In this document: in pieces, positions 46,335 to 55,124 of the stretch
How the letters are laid out: each line of letters opens with the position of its first letter
How positions within the stretch are numbered: position 1 is the first letter of the stretch
Source: a virus
DNA: 64,000 nucleotides
Reading direction: 5' to 3' (one strand)
IMG/VR virus record: IMGVR_UViG_3300047325_000181
Location: 4,855-68,854 of that record
Program-made: the position numbers and the translations under genes
The notes under the pieces: generated by a model
What the model was told of the DNA's origin: nothing
The model's input: the letters and a program-made list of their open reading frames with translations, nothing else
The model's database searches: none

Positions 46335-46474
46335 AGTCAACGCAGGAGGTTCGGCCGCCCGAGGGCAAACCCCCTCGCCCGGGGCCATGAAGTCATGGTC
46401 CGGGGACAATAAAAAAAGACGCGATGACGGGTACGCCTGGCTCGCGTTTTCTGCTTCTTTAGGGAGATTTTGAC

Positions 46475-46606
46475 ATGCCCGACAACGAGACCGCCGAGAT
46501 GACGATGAGCCAGCCCGAACAAACGGAAACGCCGACCTGCTCCCTACCGGACGGCGTCTACAACCCGGCCGTTCACGGCCCGAACTTTTGCCCGGACTGC
46601 GGCTAA
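46475..46606 (+). CDS. 43-aa CxxC peptide
   Basis: GGGAG SD, ATG, ends FCPDCG. Confidence 0.4.
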   Translation: MPDNETAEMTMSQPEQTETPTCSLPDGVYNPAVHGPNFCPDCG

Positions 46607-46866
46607 ACGAAGAGCAGTTCGTCGGCCAGCTTGCGGAACGGCGTGACCGCCGTCTTGCGCTCGTCGACCACGTAGAGCAACCCACTGCCGGTCGGATTGA
46701 TGTCGAAGTCATCCACCGGCAGTTGCTTTTTCCGGGTCACGAGCCGGAGCGCATAGTTCTCGGTCGCGGCTGAGAGCGCGCGGAAGTCGTCCCAGGAGCG
46801 GACGAAGCGGAGGCGCAGGTTGGCCCAGGCCGTGGCCTGCGGCGGGGTGAGGTTCTCGGGCGGCAT
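46603..46866 (-). CDS. Hypothetical protein
   Basis: Coupled to upstream gene. Confidence 0.55.
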   Translation of the reverse strand: MPPENLTPPQATAWANLRLRFVRSWDDFRALSAATENYALRLVTRKKQLPVDDFDINPTGSGLLYVVDERKTAVTPFRKLADELLFV

Positions 46867-47591
46867 TAGGCGGCTTTCTTGCGGACGTTGCGCAGGCGAT
46901 AGGACTCTTCGTTGAGGCCGTCGATTTGGTCGAAAAGTTTTGCGGCGGCTTTGTTGAGCCGGTCGTACTCGGCTTTGAGGGTGGCCTTCTGTTTCTCGAT
47001 GTCGGCCAGCCGCTTCAGTGTAGCGCGTGGCAAGCGCTCGGGCAAGCGCGTCGACTTCCCAACCTTAACGCGCATCTTCGTGGCGAGCGCGCGCGCCTCG
47101 CTTGCCGGGACGCCGCAGTAGCGGGCCAGTAAGTCGATGTAGATGCGCACGAACTCGGGGCCGTGCCAGACATCCTCGGGGCAGAGACTGTGCGCGGTTT
47201 CGTGGAGTACGACCCAGCGCTTGCGCATCTCGCGCGGGAGCTTAATGGTGCGCTGGTACGAGTTCCAGGCCGCACTCGTCCGGCGGCGGCCGTCACTGAC
47301 GTGAACCATCGGCTTGCCGTAGGCCGTGCGAACCTCGCGAACGAGCGCTTCGCACTCGTCGAGCGAGTAGTTCTCGACCATCCGCTTGTAGGCGTCGGGC
47401 GCCACGAACTCGTGCGCGATGCCCTGCTCATAATGTCCCCTGCCTGGCTCGTTTAGGGCGACGACGAAGTGACGACCGTGCTCATGTTGACCACGTCCGC
47501 ACGTTACGCAGTCGTAAGCCCGATTCTTGAGGCAGCGCTCCCAGGCGTAGACCTTGGAGCGCTGCGAGTCGCGGGGACGCTGGCGAGTCAT
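46866..47591 (-). CDS. HEXXH metallopeptidase-like protein (Rv0185/TIGR04338-like)
   Basis: RDSQRSKVYAWE..WVVLHETAH..HGPEFV. Confidence 0.8.
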   Translation of the reverse strand: MTRQRPRDSQRSKVYAWERCLKNRAYDCVTCGRGQHEHGRHFVVALNEPGRGHYEQGIAHEFVAPDAYKRMVENYSLDECEALVREVRTAYGKPMVHVSDGRRRTSAAWNSYQRTIKLPREMRKRWVVLHETAHSLCPEDVWHGPEFVRIYIDLLARYCGVPASEARALATKMRVKVGKSTRLPERLPRATLKRLADIEKQKATLKAEYDRLNKAAAKLFDQIDGLNEESYRLRNVRKKAA

Positions 47592-47596
47592 CCCCA

Positions 47597-47839
47597 CTAG
47601 GCCGCGTCGTCCTTCGCGATGGCCACGACGCCCGTGATGTGGATGGCCACGGGCCAACCCTTGCGCAGCGCCTGGTTGAGCGAGATGGCGGCGACCGAAC
47701 CGCGTGATTTGAGTTCTTTCATGTCGCGGTCGAAGCGACGGGCCGCGTTATTGACGGCGACCGCCGGGCTCGATGCGTTCATGCTGTAGAAGCGCGGGGT
47801 GAGACCCCCGACGCCGACGGAGACTTGGTAGGCTTTCAT
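47597..47839 (-). CDS. Hypothetical protein
   Basis: GGAGG SD. Confidence 0.6.
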   Translation of the reverse strand: MKAYQVSVGVGGLTPRFYSMNASSPAVAVNNAARRFDRDMKELKSRGSVAAISLNQALRKGWPVAIHITGVVAIAKDDAA

Positions 47840-47849
47840 TCGTCCCTCC

Positions 47850-47993
47850 TTACGGGAACACCGCGTCTGCCGCGGCAGCAAGGTGAAAGTTCAACGTGAT
47901 GAGTGAGGCGACGGTCACGCAGGCCGCGCTGATGAAGAACCAGTCCGGCGTGTAGACGACGCTGAAGAGCGCGTCGGCGAGCTTGAGCTTCAC
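47850..47993 (-). CDS. Small membrane peptide
   Basis: Manual translation, hydrophobic, GTGA overlap. Confidence 0.45.
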   Translation of the reverse strand: MKLKLADALFSVVYTPDWFFISAACVTVASLITLNFHLAAAADAVFP

Positions 47994-48163
47994 CACTTTT
48001 TCCTTTGCCTTTCGTACCGAGCTTCACGCTGCTTCGCCATGCAGACGAAGCAGCGGGCCCAGGTGCTCGCATTGACCTTGTTGCCGGTCGCCTGGTTCGT
48101 GTCGCGCATGTCGCGCTCACAGTCAACGCAGTACCCGTTCTCCCGGCGCTCCTTCCTGGTCAT
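47990..48163 (-). CDS. Small Cys-rich protein
   Basis: CVDC..CFVC; ATGA overlap. Confidence 0.55.
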   Translation of the reverse strand: MTRKERRENGYCVDCERDMRDTNQATGNKVNASTWARCFVCMAKQREARYERQRKKW

Positions 48164-48405
48164 TCGAGCACCTGCATCGCGCAAGCGCACTCGTTCTTCG
48201 GACCGCCGCAGCACGGCGCTTTGCCCAGGGCGTCCATCTTCTCGCGGAACGCTTTCCGCTTGGCGCGAGCTTTCGCATCGCGGCGGCACCGGAAGTCCTC
48301 TAGGCAGTCCTGGCACCGGCCGTAGAGCCGCCCTTCAAACGGGCTGAAGTACGGCGGGCGGGACTGGCATTGCAGGCACTTCGTGATGTCTTTTTCTTGC
48401 TTCAT
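48160..48405 (-). CDS. Small Cys-rich protein
   Basis: CLQC..CQDC..CC..CAC; GGAGG SD. Confidence 0.6.
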   Translation of the reverse strand: MKQEKDITKCLQCQSRPPYFSPFEGRLYGRCQDCLEDFRCRRDAKARAKRKAFREKMDALGKAPCCGGPKNECACAMQVLE

Positions 48406-48425
48406 AAAATCCAACCTCCATAGGT

Positions 48426-48501
48426 ATGGTAGCATAGCGCCGCCATAAAGTCAAGCGCCCAGGCTAAGCTGCTTGACATTTCCAGCGCGCTAGTGTAGAC
48501 T
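48426..48501. promoter_or_regulatory. Divergent early promoter pair
   Basis: Minus TTGACT-17-TACCAT (48454-48426); plus TTGACA-17-TAGACT (48473-48501) with operator 48483-48492, ATG 6 nt later. Confidence 0.85.
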
Positions 48502-48507
48502 CAAGAC

Positions 48508-49065
48508 ATGAAGAGACGTGACGGAACCGAATGCAACACGACCTGCCAAATCTGCGCCCGGCCCATCCTGGCGAAGACCGGCAAAATCGCGCACCACGGC
48601 TACACCCGCCCCATCTACCGCAGCGGCTGGCAGACGGCCTCGTGCTACGGGGCGCGCAAGCTCCCGTACGAAGTGGACCGCTCGGTCCTGCGCGAGTACC
48701 TCGACCGCTTCATGCACCCGGCCCTCGACCGGACGAACGCGCTGCTCAAGGCGGTACGGGCTGGCGGCCCGGACCTCGAAGTGCCGAACCCGGCCTACGC
48801 TCGCTACCTCGACCGCATCGCGTACTACAAGTATCGGGGCAAGCCGCCGCAGGGCGAGCCGCCGCCGCAAATGCTGAAGTTCGTGGAGCGCCCGCCGGAA
48901 ATCAACGGCCGGTATGACTTCGACAACCCGCAGTGGGCCGCGGCGCGTGAGTACGAGCGGGCGCTAGAGTCCTTCACCTATCAGGTGGAACGCGAGCAGC
49001 AGGCTATCGAGGAGGACGTCGAGCGGCTCGAAGCGCGGTACGACGCCTGGGTGGCCCCGGCTTAG
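48508..49065 (+). CDS. Hypothetical early protein
   Basis: TCQIC..HHGY..SCYG; leaderless. Confidence 0.75.
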   Translation: MKRRDGTECNTTCQICARPILAKTGKIAHHGYTRPIYRSGWQTASCYGARKLPYEVDRSVLREYLDRFMHPALDRTNALLKAVRAGGPDLEVPNPAYARYLDRIAYYKYRGKPPQGEPPPQMLKFVERPPEINGRYDFDNPQWAAAREYERALESFTYQVEREQQAIEEDVERLEARYDAWVAPA

Positions 49066-49074
49066 CCGGGGCCC

Positions 49075-49103
49075 TTGACATTTTTAGCGCGCTAGATTAT
49101 GAT
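49075..49103 (+). promoter_or_regulatory. Early promoter with operator
   Basis: TTGACA-TTTTTAGCGCGCTAGAT-TATGAT. Confidence 0.9.
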
Positions 49104-49119
49104 GATGTCGGAGGTGGAC

Positions 49120-49335
49120 ATGACCGGAGCCTACGAGTTGAACCTGGAGACCGGAGAGTTCGTGGAGATAGTTGCTCCCGAGAACCCGGCCCCGCGCGTC
49201 AACCATTTCGGCTGTCTCGGGGAAAAGCATGCGCCGGTGTTCGGCGGCTACCCGATGGACGGCGAGTGCGAGTGCGGGATGTGGAAGCATCACGTTCACT
49301 GCGCAACCTGTGGAGGAGTGAGTCAAGTTGGCTAA
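49120..49335 (+). CDS. Small Cys/His-rich protein
   Basis: CECG..HHVHCATC; GGAGG SD. Confidence 0.65.
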   Translation: MTGAYELNLETGEFVEIVAPENPAPRVNHFGCLGEKHAPVFGGYPMDGECECGMWKHHVHCATCGGVSQVG

Positions 49336-49371
49336 GCCGACCACGCTCCTCTCACGCCTAGAAAGGACCCC

Positions 49372-49962
49372 ATGCCAGTAACCTACGAGCGCCCAAGCGC
49401 CCACCTGAGCTTCGTCGAGGTCTCACCCTTCGGCGGCTCCGTGCTCTTCGTTCTGACCGGCCCCACGACGGGGTACGTCCACCCGACGACCTCGGACGAG
49501 TTCTTCTACATCAACCGGGTCGGCTACAGGCTCCAGACCCTCGGCTTCGTGAAGCAGACGCCGGAAAAGGCCGAAGTGAGCGGAAGGCCCATCTGGTTCG
49601 ACCCGCAGTACGGGTACTCGGCGCTCCGCCGGACCGATGGCGGCCCGACGTCTCGTAATGCGGAACACAAGTTCCGGGACTGGATGTTCGAGACGGCCTT
49701 GCGCCTCTTGAACGAGAACGCCGAGGACGCCGCGAACGGGGCCGCGGTCGAGAACCTCTCCCGAGCGCTCCGAGCGGTCGCCGACCTCCGCGAGAAGCTG
49801 GCGAAGGCCGAGCAGTTCGCGGAGGAACTGAAGCGGGTCGTGACCGGCGCCTCGACCGCCTGCGGTCGAACGCCCGATGCCTTCGGCCGTGGCGCACCGT
49901 GCGTCCGCGAAAGCGGCCACGGCGGCCACTGCGAGAGCGACCCGGGAGCGAAAGCCCGCTGA
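49372..49962 (+). CDS. Hypothetical protein
   Basis: AAGGA SD, typical codons. Confidence 0.7.
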   Translation: MPVTYERPSAHLSFVEVSPFGGSVLFVLTGPTTGYVHPTTSDEFFYINRVGYRLQTLGFVKQTPEKAEVSGRPIWFDPQYGYSALRRTDGGPTSRNAEHKFRDWMFETALRLLNENAEDAANGAAVENLSRALRAVADLREKLAKAEQFAEELKRVVTGASTACGRTPDAFGRGAPCVRESGHGGHCESDPGAKAR

Positions 49963-50255
49963 TGGCGGACTACATCGCGGAGGTCGGCCTCGAACCCATC
50001 CGGCTGTACAAGCCGCGTGGCCGGTTCTACGTGACGAGCGACGGGGACGGTCCGCACGTCGTCGACGCTCGGACGGGAGCCCTCGTCGGGTTCGAGACCT
50101 GGGCCCAGGCCCGCGAGTGGGCCACGTTCTTCCGGGCCTACGTCACGAAGTGGGGCGACGTCTCGCTCTACTCCGTCCCCTCGGACATCGAGGACGCGCC
50201 GGACCTCAAGCGCATTCAGCACCTCAACCAGCATATGGGAGACGAGCCAGCATGA
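49962..50255 (+). CDS. Hypothetical protein
   Basis: TGATG coupling. Confidence 0.65.
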   Translation: MADYIAEVGLEPIRLYKPRGRFYVTSDGDGPHVVDARTGALVGFETWAQAREWATFFRAYVTKWGDVSLYSVPSDIEDAPDLKRIQHLNQHMGDEPA

Positions 50256-50434
50256 GCACCAGCAACGAGAAGGTCGCGAAGTTCGACTGCTGCCAATGCG
50301 GCGAACCGAACCAAGGCCGCTTCCGGGACTACGTGACCTGTCCGATGTGCGGGCACGTCGAGGAGATGCATGAGGACCACCGCTTCAGGCACGAAGCCTC
50401 TGCGGTCGACGCTTTCGGGCGCCTCGCACAGTGA
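50252..50434 (+). CDS. Zinc-ribbon microprotein
   Basis: CCQC..CPMC; ATGA overlap. Confidence 0.6.
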   Translation: MSTSNEKVAKFDCCQCGEPNQGRFRDYVTCPMCGHVEEMHEDHRFRHEASAVDAFGRLAQ

Positions 50435-50634
50435 GCGAGGACAAAATGTGCCAGGTCGTCCGGTGCGCTCGCCCGGCCGACTGGGCCTGCCACCGGCCGC
50501 GGACCGGGACGCTCATCGGCTACTCGTGCCAGCAGCATCTCGGCGCGCTCGCCCAGCGCCACGCCGCCTTCCACTACGGTCTGGTCATCAAGGCGGTCGG
50601 AGAACTGCCGGACGGCCTCGTGCCCGGCGCTTGA
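50431..50634 (+). CDS. Small Cys-rich protein
   Basis: GTGA overlap. Confidence 0.55.
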   Translation: MSEDKMCQVVRCARPADWACHRPRTGTLIGYSCQQHLGALAQRHAAFHYGLVIKAVGELPDGLVPGA

Positions 50635-50659
50635 CATTTCCAGCGCGCTGGTTTAAGAT
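50631..50659 (+). promoter_or_regulatory. Early promoter with operator
   Basis: TTGACA-TTTCCAGCGCGCTGGTT-TAAGAT. Confidence 0.9.
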
Positions 50660-50677
50660 AAGGATGGAGGTAACGAA

Positions 50678-51130
50678 ATGAAACATCTTGATGAATTGCC
50701 CGCTTTCGCGCGATGGAACACGCTCGCGGACTCGTACTCGAAAGAGCGCATCGACGGTCCGCCCATTTCGCCCGCGAACCCGTACTACCTGAAGCAAATC
50801 CTCTCGTTGTTGAGCGACGCGCAGCACGTCCATCCATCGAGCGCGAACGACTACATCAACGCCGCGAAGGTCATGCTGTTGCGAGTGGCCGACGAGCAGC
50901 GCTGCTCGAAGTGTGAGGCAGGCATCCTGTGGGACGGCTCGTGCCGGTGCGCCGAGGACACGCCGGAAGTCGCGCAGGCCATCTACGACGAGGCCATCGC
51001 CGCTTTCATCGCCGACGACAACTTCACGAATCGCTCGAAGCTCCGGCTCGCCCTCATCAACCTGAGCCGCTTCCGTCCGGGGCTCACCGAAACCGAACTC
51101 GCGGCCATCCGTCCGCAGAAAGAAGGTTAG
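50678..51130 (+). CDS. Hypothetical protein
   Basis: GGAGG SD; CSKC..CRC. Confidence 0.7.
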   Translation: MKHLDELPAFARWNTLADSYSKERIDGPPISPANPYYLKQILSLLSDAQHVHPSSANDYINAAKVMLLRVADEQRCSKCEAGILWDGSCRCAEDTPEVAQAIYDEAIAAFIADDNFTNRSKLRLALINLSRFRPGLTETELAAIRPQKEG

Positions 51131-51136
51131 CATCCG

Positions 51137-51319
51137 ATGGTTCAACTCACCGACAAGCAAAAATACGAGGAGACTCTACTCCTCGACGACGCCGTGAAGA
51201 AGCTCTACACCCTTCGCCAGCGCCTCGTGCTCGTCCAAGAGAATCAGGCGTCTGCGGAGGCGGCGCGCGACGCAATCAACGTCGCACTCAAAGCACTCGG
51301 ATACAAGGAGAGTGGCTAA
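51137..51319 (+). CDS. Small coiled-coil protein
   Basis: 60 aa. Confidence 0.55.
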   Translation: MVQLTDKQKYEETLLLDDAVKKLYTLRQRLVLVQENQASAEAARDAINVALKALGYKESG

Positions 51320-51548
51320 CATGACCGTCCAAGAACTCCACGCGGCCGCCGGTCCCGGCGACCGCATCACCATCGTCGACCGCTTCGGTGCCGAGCGCAC
51401 GGGCAGCGTCGTGATGCGCAACCAGTTCGGCTTCGTGCTGAACATGGGCGGCCGTCACGGGACGCCCGGGCTCGCATCGCCCGACAACGTCGTCAAAATC
51501 CGCAAGACCACCAAAAAACCTTCAGCTATCGCAAAGGCGGTTTTCTAA
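51312..51548 (+). CDS. Small SH3-like protein
   Basis: GDRITIVDRFG..RTGSVV. Confidence 0.55.
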   Translation: MANMTVQELHAAAGPGDRITIVDRFGAERTGSVVMRNQFGFVLNMGGRHGTPGLASPDNVVKIRKTTKKPSAIAKAVF

Positions 51549-51549
51549 C

Positions 51550-51813
51550 ATGACACCCACGACCCCGAACCTCACGAAAGGTAACTACTGCTTCTACCTT
51601 CCGGCCACGTTGAAGTCGCCGAGCGGCGGCTATATCCCGGCCATCGTCGTCCGCAACGAGCCCGACTTCTACGTCACCGACTACGACTACGGCACGAACC
51701 GCGCGCTCGCGCAGGCGACGGTCGACATGATGAATGCCGACCTCGGGCTCTCGAAGAGCGACGTTCTGGAAATCGTGACGTCCTCGATGTTCCAGAAATC
51801 GCGGTTCAACTAA
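51550..51813 (+). CDS. Hypothetical protein
   Basis: Typical codons. Confidence 0.6.
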   Translation: MTPTTPNLTKGNYCFYLPATLKSPSGGYIPAIVVRNEPDFYVTDYDYGTNRALAQATVDMMNADLGLSKSDVLEIVTSSMFQKSRFN

Positions 51814-51965
51814 TGGGCGAGGTCATTCCGTTCGTCCGTCGCGAGACGCTGCGCAAAGTCAAGGAAGGCGTCGCCCGCCGCAACGCGCGGACCGGCAAAA
51901 ATGAGTCGGCCGCGGAGCACCTCAAGGAACTCGTCGAGCGCATGAATCGCTCGGAGGGCGAGTAA
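51813..51965 (+). CDS. 50-aa protein
   Basis: TAATG coupling. Confidence 0.5.
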   Translation: MGEVIPFVRRETLRKVKEGVARRNARTGKNESAAEHLKELVERMNRSEGE

Positions 51966-51967
51966 CG

Positions 51968-52177
51968 ATGTACGGGAGGCTGAAACGACCGGCGCCGGTT
52001 TTCAAGGTCGGCGAGCGCGTTCAACTTCATCCGGCAACCGATGCGTGGATGATGGGCGACCGCTATGGCGAGGTCATCAAGGTCGGGACGAGGCGCATCC
52101 ACATCAAAATGGACCGAAGCGAAAAGGTCCGCAAGGTCTTTCCGCGCGACATCCTCGACCCGCTCGGAGGACTCTAG
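51968..52177 (+). CDS. KOW/SH3-like microprotein
   Basis: FKVGERVQL..GDRYGEVIKVG. Confidence 0.6.
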   Translation: MYGRLKRPAPVFKVGERVQLHPATDAWMMGDRYGEVIKVGTRRIHIKMDRSEKVRKVFPRDILDPLGGL

Positions 52178-52428
52178 GCGACTTGCTCCGTGGCCGGGAA
52201 GGCGATGCCGGTCCGCACCGGCGCGACTTTCCGGTCGCCCTGAATCAAATAGTCCAAGACCCGCTCTCTCATGCGCGGGTCTAAATCTTTGAGTTCGAGC
52301 CCGCGCGAACGAAACGCGCGCGCCCACTCGCGGATTTCGTAGAGGTCCCAAGCCGAGGCGCGAATGCCGTCATCGTAGAGCACGTTCAGCGCCATACGCC
52401 CGATAGGGTCAAGGTTGATTGCATGCAT
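52174..52428 (-). CDS. Hypothetical protein
   Basis: ATG start inferred. Confidence 0.45.
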   Translation of the reverse strand: MHAINLDPIGRMALNVLYDDGIRASAWDLYEIREWARAFRSRGLELKDLDPRMRERVLDYLIQGDRKVAPVRTGIAFPATEQVA

Positions 52429-52456
52429 TCGACCCGCACCAAAGCCCTCTCCGGGC

Positions 52457-52672
52457 TCAGCGAGGGATGAACGTGAACGCAACCATGAGTCCAGCGCCGA
52501 GCCCAAGGAAGAATGCGTTAGCCAGAACGTGGACTCCCGCTGAGTCAAATCCGTCTTCGTCAGCATGTTGGTCGTTGACCTCGGCGTGAAGAGCGCGAGT
52601 GAGATTGACACCACCCAGGACCAGAAAGAAGACTGCGGCGATGGCGTCGAGGACGTGGAAGATGCCGCTCAC
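52457..52672 (-). CDS. Two-TM membrane protein
   Basis: Hydrophobic-acidic loop-hydrophobic; GTGA overlap. Confidence 0.5.
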   Translation of the reverse strand: MSGIFHVLDAIAAVFFLVLGGVNLTRALHAEVNDQHADEDGFDSAGVHVLANAFFLGLGAGLMVAFTFIPR

Positions 52673-53049
52673 TTGCGCAACGTGAGCGCGTTCGTTCCGT
52701 TGCGCGCCGCTGCGGCCAGTTGTTGCTGCTGCTGGAAGCGCTTGGCGTTCTGCTCGTCCGTGAAGCGATGCTTGTAGGTCAAGCGCGAGACGCAGTCGAT
52801 TTTGCCCGGCGGGAAACCGATGTAGCGCCCGTCGGTCGAGAGGAACGACACGTACTCGCCGCGCTGGAGCGCATCGAGCCCGGCGCATGCCTCTTCGTCG
52901 GTCACGGGGATGATAAGTGCAAGTTCGCCTGCGTTGATAGCGACATAGCGAAAGGCCGGGTCTTCCATGTTGCGCTCGTGCTCGGCTTGGGCTTCGGCCT
53001 GCTCGGCCAGAATCTGGGCGGCTTTGTCCTCAGTGTCCAATGAGGTCAC
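52669..53049 (-). CDS. Hypothetical protein
   Basis: Typical codons; Gln run. Confidence 0.6.
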   Translation of the reverse strand: MTSLDTEDKAAQILAEQAEAQAEHERNMEDPAFRYVAINAGELALIIPVTDEEACAGLDALQRGEYVSFLSTDGRYIGFPPGKIDCVSRLTYKHRFTDEQNAKRFQQQQQLAAAARNGTNALTLRK

Positions 53050-53515
53050 CGTCCGTCATGGGGCGGAGCCACGACAGCGGAATCGAGCCGACATGGTCGC
53101 GCTCGACGACCGGCGTCGCCGAGGTGCCGTCGTAAATCGGCATCAGCGCCTCGACGAGCACCTTGACCGCATTCGAGGCGGTCGCGTTCTTCGGGGCCTG
53201 GATGTCGACGATGCGCGCGAGCCCCATGTTGCCGGAGCGCGCCTCGGTCTCGCCGGGGAGAATCGGGTAGACCTTCGCCATATCGCCGACGCGCCAGCCG
53301 CCCCACTTCTCGGCCGTCGCGGAGGACTCGAAGGTCCCGTCGAGCAGCGCATGCGGCACCGAGAACGTGATGTGGTAGACGTTGTTCTCGTCGCGCTCGT
53401 AGAAGGCTTTGGCGTCGAGGCGCTTGCCGTCGACGAACAGGCCGAGATTGCGGCCTTCGAGCGCATCGGGCGTATCAGCAGCCGTGCGCAACGTGGGGAT
53501 TCCCTTAGCTGACAA
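53030..53515 (-). CDS. Hypothetical protein with SH3-like C-terminus
   Basis: WRVGDMAKV..ARIVDI; start uncertain. Confidence 0.55.
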   Translation of the reverse strand: MSAKGIPTLRTAADTPDALEGRNLGLFVDGKRLDAKAFYERDENNVYHITFSVPHALLDGTFESSATAEKWGGWRVGDMAKVYPILPGETEARSGNMGLARIVDIQAPKNATASNAVKVLVEALMPIYDGTSATPVVERDHVGSIPLSWLRPMTDGDLIGH

Positions 53516-53529
53516 AATCGGCTCGTTTC

Positions 53530-53559
53530 TTGACAACACTAGCGCGCTGCCATTATCAT
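53530..53559 (+). promoter_or_regulatory. Promoter with operator
   Basis: TTGACA-18-TATCAT, TAGCGCGCTG at 53540-53549. Confidence 0.75.
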
Positions 53560-53640
53560 CATTTGACTTAACGGACCGGCGGCCCGCTTCCTCGGAATGA
53601 TAGCGAGTCGCAACGCACAGAGTCAAGGGGGCTCCCGAAA

Positions 53641-53949
53641 ATGATGACTTCGACAGACGACGACATGATGCGCTGGATAAAGCGCTTTCCCGGCTATTGC
53701 ACGTTTTGCAAGGGCGAAGGCGGCCACGAGTTTTACGAAAACCACGGTCTGCCGGGCCAAGGCGAGCGCCTCTTCGAGCCATGCGACGCGCTGCCCGAGT
53801 GCTACTGTCACCGCTGCGGCAAAGGCGACGCCGTCGACGTTGACCCGGCGGACGGGCAACCGGCGCCGTGTTCGTACTGCGGCTGGGCGAACGGGACCGG
53901 CGCCGACGACGTCATGCCGTCCCCGAGGTTCGTTCCCATCGACTTTTGA
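53641..53949 (+). CDS. Cys-rich protein
   Basis: Three CxxC pairs. Confidence 0.6.
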   Translation: MMTSTDDDMMRWIKRFPGYCTFCKGEGGHEFYENHGLPGQGERLFEPCDALPECYCHRCGKGDAVDVDPADGQPAPCSYCGWANGTGADDVMPSPRFVPIDF

Positions 53950-53975
53950 CTTCCGCCCAAGCAGCGCGCTATACT
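53946..53975 (+). promoter_or_regulatory. Promoter with operator overlapping -10, leaderless
   Basis: TTGACT-18-TATACT; ATG 7 nt later. Confidence 0.85.
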
Positions 53976-53982
53976 TGGGAAG

Positions 53983-54294
53983 ATGAAACTCGGAGACGCC
54001 CTCACAAACCTGGCGTATATCGCCGCTGCACTGGCTCCAAGCAAGCCGTTGCCACCGCCGGAAGAGCCGCCGAAGCTCGGGGATATCATCTCGGGCTACA
54101 CGGTCACGTCCACGGTCGCGGACCCGGATAGCGACTTGCTCTACCCGGACAGAGACGCCTACTGCCGTCGCTGCGGCCGGACGCTGAAGGTGGGGAAGTG
54201 GTCCGCGCTCGGCATCGGGCCCATCTGCGCCAAGAAGGAGGCAGGCGACCGGCAGACCCGCTTCCTCGATGCGCGCGGACGTGAACTCGAATGA
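53983..54294 (+). CDS. Second DUF6011-like protein
   Basis: CRRCGRTL..SALGIGPIC. Confidence 0.7.
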   Translation: MKLGDALTNLAYIAAALAPSKPLPPPEEPPKLGDIISGYTVTSTVADPDSDLLYPDRDAYCRRCGRTLKVGKWSALGIGPICAKKEAGDRQTRFLDARGRELE

Positions 54295-54599
54295 AGCCCA
54301 TCGTGCTCGACTTCCGGTACGAGAACCGCAACCCGCACGACACGTACGCCCATAATTTCATCAGCCGCGGCGCCCCGGTCCCGGCGATGATATACGTGGT
54401 CGTGGTGGCCGCAGACTTCAGCGTGAGCGACGATGGCGTGACCCAGGCGACCATCCTGCCCCAAATCTTCGCAACCGAGGCCGAGGCGCGAGCCGTCGCC
54501 AAAGCGCTGCCGAGCGCGACCGGCGTCCTCGGCCTGGAGAGTCGCGTCCACTCCTTCAAGCTCGCCTTTGACTCTATCGAGGAGGCGCCGGTCTTCTAG
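54291..54599 (+). CDS. Hypothetical protein
   Basis: ATGA overlap. Confidence 0.6.
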   Translation: MKPIVLDFRYENRNPHDTYAHNFISRGAPVPAMIYVVVVAADFSVSDDGVTQATILPQIFATEAEARAVAKALPSATGVLGLESRVHSFKLAFDSIEEAPVF

Positions 54600-54614
54600 C
54601 CCAAGACCCTCGGC

Positions 54615-54830
54615 GTGACCAACGCCGAGTTCATCGCGTACTGTCAGGCGCGCGACGAGTGCCCCCGCAAGACCATCCTGGAGACCCCAGAAGGCCCCGT
54701 TGCCGAACTCAGCTTCCGCGACGGCACGGCCTTCTTTTTCTTTTGCGACGACCACATCGTCGAGGTGACCGGCCGCCAAGAAGTGACGGGGGTCCTCGTC
54801 CGGCACCGCCTCCAGGAGCCGATGAACTAG
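54615..54830 (+). CDS. Hypothetical protein
   Basis: GTG start. Confidence 0.5.
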   Translation: MTNAEFIAYCQARDECPRKTILETPEGPVAELSFRDGTAFFFFCDDHIVEVTGRQEVTGVLVRHRLQEPMN

Positions 54831-54839
54831 CCCTGCCTG

Positions 54840-54868
54840 TTGACATTTCCAGCGCGCTAGTTTACACT
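54840..54868 (+). promoter_or_regulatory. Early promoter with operator
   Basis: TTGACA-TTTCCAGCGCGCTAGTT-TACACT. Confidence 0.9.
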
Positions 54869-54888
54869 AGGGCTGGAGGTTGATTTTG

Positions 54889-55113
54889 ATGGCAGTGAAC
54901 AAGGACGGTCGGAAAATCGTGGAGTGCCGGGGATGCGGCCAGGGCCAGCTTGTCTGGGTCCAGGCGCAGAGCGGCAAGTGGTATCTGACCAGCTTCCTCG
55001 CCAAATACGGTCAGCGGAAGCCGCACCGTTGCCCGCGGCCGAGACAGGTCGCCGAAGAGCCGGGCCTGCCCGCCTACGACAATGCCGGTCCGAGCAGCCT
55101 GGAGTGGGAGTAG
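54889..55113 (+). CDS. Zinc-finger microprotein
   Basis: CRGCG..SGKWY..HRCP; GGAGG SD. Confidence 0.6.
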   Translation: MAVNKDGRKIVECRGCGQGQLVWVQAQSGKWYLTSFLAKYGQRKPHRCPRPRQVAEEPGLPAYDNAGPSSLEWE

Positions 55114-55124
55114 GCGCTGATTTT

